Shown here in pieces: positions 54,098-64,000 of a DNA stretch of 64,000 bases (positions are counted from its first letter, which is position 1; each line of letters opens with the position of its first letter). Position numbers and translations under genes: made by a program. The stretch lies in the NCBI GenBank assembly GCA_951406725.2, contig OX597832.1:12648001-12712000 (forward strand), read 5' to 3'. The stretch comes from Octopus vulgaris. Its lineage: Eukaryota. Below the pieces are notes generated by a model. That model was not told where the DNA came from and did no database searches. It was given only the letters and a program-made list of their open reading frames with translations.

Positions 54098-54212
54098 GTA
54101 CATAGATAGATAAAAGTGTGTGTATATACGAAGGGAGACTGATAGAGTAATTGATATGTAGAAATATATATATATATATATAGAAAGACAGACAGACAGA
54201 CAGACAGAGATG

Positions 54213-54269
<57 letters not shown>

Positions 54270-57200
54270 GCAGACAGTCAGATAGATAGATAGGAAGAGA
54301 TATATACAAATAAATGTTTGGTAATATAGATAGAAGCAGTATTTTGTGAGCGTTTGCGTGCCAATTAGTTTCTATACACAATCGTATATTTTTCCGTATG
54401 CTTTTCAATGCAGTCTACATAATGTTTCAGAACTCCAATGAAGAAATATAGAGTCAATACACGTCCCAAAAGTTAAATATGTCTTCATTCATTTCTAATT
54501 CAAAATTATATTCGCTTATAACTTCTTATCCCTCTATCTACCAATGACTATGCGCACATGTGTATATATTTGTGTGTGTATGGTTGGGTGCATGTGTATG
54601 TGTGTGTGTGTGTCTGTGTGTGACTGCTTGTCCTTGTGTGGGCGCATGTGTCTGTGTGTGTACACACACATAATTTGCATGTGTGCGTGTGAGCCTTTGC
54701 ATGAAGTTACAAACCGAGGCAAAACACACACAGTCATACACTCACACCATCACACACACACACACACACACTCACACACACACACACACACATATATATC
54801 TATATATATATATCCTCGCCATGTTTAAAAGGTACTAAGCAACCTTCGAATATTTCGACTTATTTGTATTCTGATAATAGTATGATGTTACGTCTGTGAG
54901 AAATAGGTTTACCTATTAAAATGCATCAATTTTCGTACTAAAATACCAGCACCATAATATAAGGAAAAAACGTTTTCTATTCCACCAACACGCGCATTGT
55001 GACAAATAATTTTTTGCTAGATATCGTACCAAGACACCAGAATCCATGTCGACGTGCGTTAATCAGTAAAGCAGGTATGTACTAACTGCACTAAATTCTG
55101 AACTATATATTGAGCGTCTATTCTATCGCTAGAATTTGCTGTGTATACAATACATGGAATATTTCTATGCACGAAAAATAGTACCTAAGCTTTTTCCTGG
55201 TGAATTATGTTAATTTTATGAAAATTCTTATTTCAAACACTTTTGAAGAGAAAATTTTATGTAGCATCATGTTTTATTTTTCATGTGTAGCGGAGAAATT
55301 TTCATTGCATGGATTGCAATATATTATTGATTATATCAAATTCCAAGATTAAAAATTGACGCTGACACTAAAAGACTTGAGAAGTATGAAGCACAAAGTT
55401 ACCGAAGTTAATATCTCTATTATTGTCGCATCTGTCAAATATCTTATGCGTAGATGCCAAATTAATCACCTCATTATATAATTCCTGTATAGTATATCTG
55501 CATATTAAATTAATGTCTTGCTCCTTTATTTCTATGTTTCTGCGGATATGGATTTATGTATCTATGGACACATGCATGCATTTACACTTACATACATACA
55601 TACATTATACACGCATGCATACAGACACGTTTATATGTATATATACATAAATATAAATATATATATATGCATATATACATACACAGACATACATACACAC
55701 ACATATGCATGTGAATGCATGAATACACAGTTAAGCATGCGCATATTTATATGCACGCACGCATTGCCTTTCTCTTCTGGCACTATTTAAGGAAGTGTAG
55801 TTATAGAGGTCACAAACACGCCCATAATAAAGTCATATATAACGACGCATCATCTGGCAAAGTTTATATCAATTATGTCACCCAAAGCATTATTGTTGCC
55901 CCATTTAATCGCAAGGGCTAGAATAAATCATTTTGATATGGCGACCATCTGTCAAGAAAGGTGAAAGATGAATGCATTCATCATGCGGTGTTTATTTCCG
56001 ATATTACTTAAATGCATTTAATTGCACAATAGCTTTATAACAATCATCCGTTGTGTCTTCATATTAGAGTCAACCATTGTGTGAACTGTGGTTTTACCAC
56101 TTCACAACTGCTGAACTATCTGGCTTAAGATCTGGCCTTAAAATCATTGATATTATTCTACAGAATGTATCTAAAAATACGTTTTTATTTATAAAGCTAT
56201 ACTGGACACAGCTTTCACGTGTCATTGCTGCTATTTGCAGTAATTTCAGCCTGATAGGGCAATCATACGAACATACGCGTTTTCATGTTGGACCATCCTA
56301 TCTCTGATTCAGTCAGCGTATCGAAGGATGTATTATTGAATATGTACTTCGTCTCGGAGATTCTGTGGGAATTTCAGAATGCTTATATAGCATAATATCT
56401 AACATGGGAATGCGCCTTCCCTCGTAAATATTTTTGGTTGTCTGTGAGTCTTTATCATTATTGAATGGTATACTTCTGCTATGGTCATGTAGATCTCCAG
56501 TGTATCGGTTCTCGATGTGACTCCACAGCATATAGACTCACCTAACTCAAGGTAGAACAAATGTATAAATACACGCAGCCTTTGTCCTAACGCTACATAA
56601 AGAAATAAGGGGAAAACATTTACCATGTTTGGTCAGAATGTACGTATATCGATTCTTTATATATTGCTATACCTCATTTTGTAAAGTCATGTATGTTTTA
56701 TTATACCTGTTCTTGAGCCAATATTTCTATAAAACATTCTTACTTGAGAAAACTTGTGCACTTTCTCATATTTCTTCCTCTGTAACCCGGAAAATTAATG
56801 TGGTTGTACTACCTGTTTTACTCGAATAAATGCATGTAATAAATATGCAATATATTCATGGAGAAGATTACATTGCCTCATAAAGAGAATTGAGAAAAAT
56901 CCACGTTGCATCATAGAAAGTGTATTCTTTGTTATCGTACACAGATAATTCAAAATTATTATAAATATCAACAAATCATATAAACTTGAAAGCAAAAAAA
57001 AATAAAATATCAGGAGTAAATTTAATGAGATCAATTAAGATGAGAAAATATAAACAATAAATTCGTAACACGGAATTTAAAAACGAAATTTCAAATGTGC
57101 TCAAGTAAAAACAAAATAACCTTGAAGTGTAAAATTTACTGGAGACAATTTAAACATTATATTTAAAGGGTACAATTAAGTTCAGAAAATTTAAAGAATT

Positions 57201-57614
57201 TAACGACACAATTTACATGAGAATTTTCTTTAAATATACATATTTTTAATGAGTAACGTTTACGCAACTCATTTTAAAATAAACATTTAAAAATACAAAT
57301 AATATGAGTAAATTATTTCAAAAATAAATTGAAGTTTGTTGCGTGCAATTTCCTTAAGTAAATCAACATAATTTAATGCCTGCATTTAATGTGAACAAAA
57401 TTACCAAATGTATGTAAAGAAAAAAAGAAACTCTATAAAGCAATCTGAAGAAAAGAATTTGCGTTTGTAAATGTAACGATTAGAGTGGAAAGTACTAGAT
57501 TTAAAACGCCATGAATCTTTAAATATGTGCAATATGTGAAATGCTTCTGCTGAGGTAATGTAAAAAAAAGTGTCCGCATTGTAGATGACAAGTGCTACAG
57601 TTCTATGAGGAACT

Positions 57615-57874
57615 GGTAAGTTACGAGGACGTAAACATACCAAAGCCGGTTGTCAAGCGGTGTGGAGAGAGGGTCGCTTAGACACAAAGACACACACACA
57701 GATACGTGGAGTTCCTTTCAGTTCCCGTCGACCAAGTCAATTGAACTAAGTCCAAGTTTTGGTCGGCCCGAGGCAATACTAGAAGACACTTGTTCAATCT
57801 GCAACACAGGAAGACTGAACCTGGAATTATGTGGTTGGGGAGCAAGTTCCTTAACACATAGCCACGGCTGCGCC
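57615..57874 (-). mobile_element. Older SINE family B copy
   Basis: ggacgtaaacatacc...ggttgtcaagc...tttggtcggcccgaggc...agaagacacttg...tgtggttggg...gccacggctgcgcc aligns to 59985-60256. Confidence 0.85.
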
Positions 57875-57913
57875 TATAGAAAACCTGTGTATAAAAATGT
57901 GTGTATAAATATA

Positions 57914-58312
57914 AGCTGGCAGAAACGTTAGCTATGTTCTGAGTTCAAATCCGGCCGAGGTCACCTTTGCCTTTCATCCTCTCGGGTTCGATAAATTAAG
58001 TACCAGTTCTGTACTGGATTCGATCTAATCGACTTAATCCCTTTGTCTATCCTTGTTTTTCCCCTCTATTTTTAGCCCCTTGTGGACAATAAAGAAATAA
58101 GAAACGTGAGCACGCCGGGCGAAATGCTGAGCAGTATTTCGTCTGCCGTTACCTTCTGAGTTCAAATTCCGCCGAGGTCGTATTTGCCTTTCATCCATTC
58201 GGGCTCGACTAAATAAGTACCAGTTATGCACTGGGGTCAATATAATCGAATTAATCCCTTTATCTGTCCTTGTTTGTTCCCTCTATGTTTAGCCTTCTGT
58301 GGGTAATGAAAA
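57914..58312 (+). mobile_element. Tandem dimer of SINE family A
   Basis: Units start at ~57914 (with a head deletion) and ~58101; both have B box, body and the same tail. Confidence 0.9.
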
Positions 58313-58811
58313 CATAAACATGTGTGTGTGTGTGTGTATGTGTGTGTGTGTGTGTGTGTATGTGTGTGTGTGTGTGTGTACATATATGGAAGGAAAAAGA
58401 CAGAGGTGAAGAGATACATAAAGAGAACTGGAGAGAGATGTGCATACATACAATACAAAGTAATTTCAGTGTACATGTATGTTATCATCTATTCTGGCTT
58501 CACATTTTGTTGTGCAAGGCAGGACATTTTAGGGGCAGCGTTATTTTATCGACCTCGCAAAAGATGAAACGCAAAGTCGATGTCGGATACATTTAAGGAA
58601 CCAGAAGAAATGTCACTAAGCAATTTACCCGGAAGGCGAACAAGAACGATTGTACCATCTTGCTACCTTGTTATATAAATATCATGTGGAAACTGAAGAT
58701 ATATACATAGCTTCATGTTCGGATAGTCTCGGTGCGCGACTATGAGACATCCATGTATATATTTTACCGGTTTGTGTCTGTGTTGGCACAAACCGGTAAA
58801 ATATATACATC

Positions 58812-59030
58812 GCAGAAGCATTAGCACGCCGGGCGAAATACTTAACACTATTTCGTCTGCCGCTACGTTCTGAGTTCAAATTCCGCCGAGGTCGACTTTA
58901 CCTTTCATCCTTTCGGGGTCGATTAAATAAGTACCAGTTACGCTCTGGAGTCGATATAATCGACTTAACCCGGTTGTCTGTCCTTCTTTGTCCTCTCTGT
59001 GTTTAGCCCCTTGTGGGTAGTAAAGAAATA
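58812..59030 (+). mobile_element. SINE family A with 17-bp TSD and inverted target copy at the 5' junction
   Basis: ggtttgtgtctgtgttg at 58769-58785 and 59031-59047; body matches 25003-25231. Confidence 0.9.
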
Positions 59031-59106
59031 GGTTTGTGTCTGTGTTGAATAATCTGTCTTTCTCTCTATCACCTTTCACACTCTCTTCACCCTCTCTCTG
59101 CCTTTT

Positions 59107-59141
<35 letters not shown>

Positions 59142-59837
59142 CTCCCCCTCTCTCTCTCCAACTCCACTTGAATCTCAATCTGATTCTTTACTAGTCACAT
59201 TCTACATCTCAGTTTTTGTCTGTCGCAATTCATCTTAAATTGTATGCGTTTTATTCTTCGGCCTGTGTTCTGTATTTTGTATCTGTATTGGTATGTGATT
59301 CAGTGTGAGTCTCTATAGGCGCCCTACTTTTAGCCTGACTCGTGACATATCCCTAAATATAGTCATTGAAATGCATGTATTCAAAATAAAGCATATCTCA
59401 TCATTATTATATCAATATCCAAACATCGATGATTATCTTTCTGGAAAGGGGGGGGAAATCGCGTGCTATTCAGCATGTGTGATAAATGCTGAGTATTTTG
59501 CCGTCAATAAACCCAAGCCTTTTTCTTTACCAACAAACTCAGCGACAAACAAACACGTTCATAACACCAAGTCCATTAATATATTCGCGCATGTGTGCAT
59601 GATGTACACACGGAAATATTCAAACACACATGCATACACACGCATTTAAATGTCTGCATAAATTCCGGTGTTCCGAATGAATATGTATGAGCCATACACA
59701 AAACACCAGGCAGTAGAGATTTGTATATCTGAATGTATATGAATGTATTTATGGGTACACACATATCACTCATGGATATATAATATATATATATATATAC
59801 ATACATAGATACAAACACACATATACATTTTCTCTTT

Positions 59838-60055
59838 CTCTTTTCTCTTTTACTTGTTTCAGTCATTTGACTGCGGCCATGCTGGAGCACCGCCTTTTTT
59901 TTTTTTTAGTGGAGCAAATCGACCCCGGGACTTATTCTTTGTAAGCCCAGTACTTATTCTATCGGTCTCTATTGCCGAACCGCTAAGTGACGGGGACGTA
60001 AACACACCAGCATCGGTTGTCAAGCAATGCTAGGGGGACAAACACAGACACACAA

Positions 60056-60086
<31 letters not shown>

Positions 60087-60256
60087 CATATATACGACGG
60101 GCTTCTTTCAGTTTCCGTCTACCAAATCCACTCACAAGGCATTGGTCGGCCCGGGGCTATAGCAGAAGACACTTGCCCAAGATGCCACGCAGTAGGACTG
60201 AACCCGGAACCATGTGGTTGGTTAGCAAGCTACTTCCACACAGCCACTCCTGCGCC
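59838..60256 (-). mobile_element. Full-length tRNA-derived SINE family B with internal TA/TG microsatellite
   Basis: Minus head GGCGCAGGAGTGGCTGTGTGG (A box)...GGGTTCAGTCC (B box), then ttgggcaagtgtctt (CORE-like), an internal microsatellite, and tail ...gactgaaacaagtaaaagagaaaagagaaagag. Confidence 0.9.
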
Positions 60257-61184
60257 TCTACATATGTACATATATTTATGTTATATCGTATATATATACG
60301 TATACTCATACTCATACATATATGTGTGTGTAAATCTGTGTATGTTCAAACGCATACTGGTGCTTGAGTGTACTGTAGGTAGATATGTGGATAAGGATAC
60401 ATGTAGACACACTCACTCTCGGAATGGTATGGCCGCGCACACAGACAGACACACATACACACACACAACACATTTAAGTCTGGTTTTCTTCATAAAAGTG
60501 GTGATTACAGCCTAAATGCGGGGAAAGTGATTCGAATTTATGACTTGTGATATATTATTTGATAACAGAAGAAACATTTGTATCTTACAAGCTTATCATA
60601 CAATAAGCATTTAGTGGGATATCATTTTATTGTGAAATATTACACAGATATTGACTGCATACATATAACTACTTTAATGATATTTATATCTTTGGATCGA
60701 TGATTTTTTTTCTTTCTTTCTTTTCTCTTTTCTCTTGGCTGAAATTCCATACACGTTTAGATATGTCATTTATTTTCCTTGTTATGGTAATAATGAGGAA
60801 AGTGTTCAGGCAAAGTATAGCGAGACTACGATTGGCATCAAAGGAATTAGATACTCGTGGAAACTTATGAAAGCATCTACGGAAATGGATTACTAGTATT
60901 TTGAGAAAACTGGTGTAAAAGATCACGTTCATCATTTATCATATTCTCTAACTCTCTTTCTCTTTCTCTCTCTATTTCACTTTCACCACCGCCTCTCTCT
61001 CTCTCTCTCACACTCTCTCTTTGTCTCTCTCTTTCTTTGTCAGACTTAACGCTTAGTTGGCACAACTAAAAGCTGATACGGAAATGCTTCAGTATGCACG
61101 TTTTCTGTTTCCAACAAATATCCATATTTATACATGGACTCTTACACGTCTGTTTATGTATGTACGTATATATATATATGTATT

Positions 61185-62110
61185 AATGTATGTATGTATG
61201 TATGTATGTATGTGTGTATGTATGCTTGTATCTATGTGCATATTTATATATGTTTGTCTGTGTCTGATTTTACATATATATACATATATAAAAATATGTG
61301 TATACATGTATGTATATATGTACATATGTATGTATGTATATATGTGTGTATGTGGTGTATGCATGTATGCATGTATGTATGTATGTATGTATGTATGGTT
61401 GTATCTATGTGTATGTATATATGTGCATATTTATATATGTTTGTCTGTGTCTGATTTTACATATATATACATATATAAAAATATGTGTATGCATGTATGT
61501 ATATATGTACATATATATGTATGTATATATGTGTGTATGTGGTGTATGCATGTATGCATGTATGTATGTATGTATGTATGTATGTATGTATGTGTGTATG
61601 TATGCTTGTATCTATGTGTATGTATATATGTGCATATTTATATATGTTTGTCTGTGTCTGATTTTACATATATATACATATATAAAAATATGTGTATGCA
61701 TGTATGTATATATGTACATATGTATGTATGTATATATGTGTGTATGTGGTGTATGCATGTATGCATGTATGTATGTATGTATGTATGTATGTATGTATGT
61801 GTGTATGTATGGTTGTATCTATGTGTATGTATATATGTGCATATTTATATATGTTTGTCTGTGTCTGATTTTACATATATATACATATATAAAAATATGT
61901 GTATGCATGTATGTATATATGTATATATGTATGTATATATGTATGTATGTATATATGTGTGTATGTGGTGTATGCATGTATGTATGTTTGATTGTATCTA
62001 TGTATATGTATGTGCATATTTATATATATGTGTGTGTGTGTGTGTGATTTTACATATATACATATATATAAAATATGCGTATGTATGTATATATGCATAT
62101 ATGTATGTAT
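61185..62110. repeat. Tandem array of 187-207-bp units built from TATG/TA microsatellite
   Basis: Anchor gtctgtgtctgattttaca at 61256, 61443, 61650 and 61857, with a diverged copy near 62040. Confidence 0.95.
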
Positions 62111-63636
62111 TTCAGCGTCTGTGAATATGGCTGTGCATGGCATTTTTCTTTCATGTCATATTCTTTTGATTGCCATGTATATCACGTTTTTAAGGGTAAG
62201 ACACACGCCTCCTTCCCCTTTTTCTCTTTATGTATATAATCTCCCTACACATACACACACACAAACACACCCACATACACACATGCGGATATTTGATACA
62301 GCTTTATATGTACTGTGTTTCAGTATATAATATACATTTGCGCATTGATTATATGAAATTAGAATTGAGCTCTAAACGAGGAGATGTACATTCAACAAAA
62401 TTCTTTTGAAAATTCTGTGTAAATATCTTGCAGTTAATCTAGAAATCTTGTTATGTGTTATGAACTGTGTCCTACTATTTAAGTCAATCTGCTATAACTT
62501 CAAGCTTGAGATCTATTTCTAGGAAGTCGAACGACCAGGAAAATAATTCACTTGTGTGTGTCCGTTGCGTGCGTGTGGTGCATGTAATTATAAGTATACA
62601 CTCACACAAACACGCACACACATATATCCTGTATTTTTTGTTATGTTACCCCAGGTTTCATACAGGGCATTTCATAATCTTCAAGTATTTCACTAATTTA
62701 GTTCGGGAGAATTATTACTCTCATTTATCACATCGAGTACTTACAAATCGTAGACTGCTGTGCATTAAGTTTGAGGTAGTATATAGTATATACATTTTTA
62801 TAATCACTCTTGAGGATGCTTAGCTTGCCTTGTCCTCATATGTCATATTTATGCTAAATGTATGTAGTGATTGAGTTGATCTGAGCAGATATATATAGAC
62901 CCTCTGGAACTAGTTTCCCTTGGTTTGGTTGCTGAACAGCCAATTCGTATCAGCCAGATGAAATGCTGGTTCTACAAGCACCAGGCTGGCATCTATGACA
63001 GAATACAGCAACGAGAACAGTAATTTAAAGGGTTGAAAACATGACCTGATGATCAAAAACACTACAGGCCACATGCGTACGAAGACGTGTAAATCTGGAA
63101 AGGGAAGAGTGACGGTTTGATAACTTTCGTTACATCTTGATAACGGAATCAAATATATTCGTAAAGATCCTTCCGTCTGCGGCGTGATATTTTACATATA
63201 ATAATTCAAAAGTTTATGATATATCTAAAAATTGGCATCGAAGCAAGTTTTCATATTTTTCTCTTGTTTACATCTGCTGCTACTCTATGTTTCGATCACT
63301 TTTATTTGTGATATACGTCAGTATGTTGTATTTATACTGAACAGAATATCCAGCGTAAGATTCGAATAAGGAAGGCTTCCTTTTGAAACTACGTTCTTAG
63401 CACAGTTTGTTTACAGTGTTTACACCGAAAATTTAGACGTAATATTTTTCCTTGAGCACAGAATATTTCCTCTGGCTAGAATCCAATACAAGAAGCAGAG
63501 ACCGGACATAGGAAATCGCATTCAAATTTTGTTGCATTGGAATTACAACCAACATAAGTAAACAGAAATATGCTACCAATTCACGCTGTTATTTAATTAT
63601 TTACCGAAGAAAAAAACGTAATTTATTTTGAATGAT

Positions 63637-63776
63637 TTGTTGTTGTGGCTGTTGTTGTTGTTGCGTTTACCATTAAGATTGCTGTTGTTGTTGCGGTTAC
63701 TGATGGTGTTGGTGGTGGTTGTGGTGGTTGTGGTGGTGATGGTGGTGGTGGCGATGGTTGTGCTGCTGCCGCCGCC

Positions 63777-63812
<36 letters not shown>

Positions 63813-63822
63813 ATCGTTGTTA
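63637..63822. repeat. Mosaic GTT/GGT/GCT trinucleotide repeat
   Basis: Direct. Confidence 0.9.
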
Positions 63823-64000
63823 TTCACAAACGACTGTTTTAGGAGAAAATTTTATGCTGATTGATTCTCTGCCGACCAGGGTGGTGTTGTGCAAACAGAA
63901 ACAATGCGCGATTTAAATCAAAGATTCAGTTCTGTGCCAAACCGGAAACCGATTGCTAATTAAATTATCCCATTTTCTTTATATTTGAACATTATCACTC

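Noticed and set aside
61057-62124. 355-aa ORF, the longest in the track
   Set aside because: Translation of a TATG/TG/TA tandem array (Y, V, C, M, I); stop-poor by composition.
63040-63075. CTGATGA hammerhead core box
   Set aside because: No stem II or GAAA box follows.

Overview
AT-rich, microsatellite-dense eukaryotic non-coding DNA (intronic or intergenic). The SINE families and repeat landscape look like an octopod cephalopod genome (inference from remembered repeat consensus, not a database hit). No intact host gene is supportable, and the long ORFs in the track are translations of simple repeats. The window holds three tRNA-derived SINE families (about 15 copies, some nested or dimeric), three non-autonomous Helitrons with intact A|TC...CTAG|T ends, and decayed LINEs (L1/Tx1-like, RTE, RLE-type). 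It also holds a decayed Penelope-like element, a mariner remnant broken by an internal inversion, and a 432-bp near-perfect foldback element. Best second-look items: (i) two ~200-bp Penelope-type modules carrying a minimal hammerhead-ribozyme fold with the same non-canonical core (CUGUNGA instead of CUGANGA); (ii) the 191-bp-arm foldback with a nested hairpin; (iii) a SINE insertion with a templated inverted copy of its target site; (iv) modular exchange of SINE tails and Helitron ends. I see no convincing new multi-gene system.
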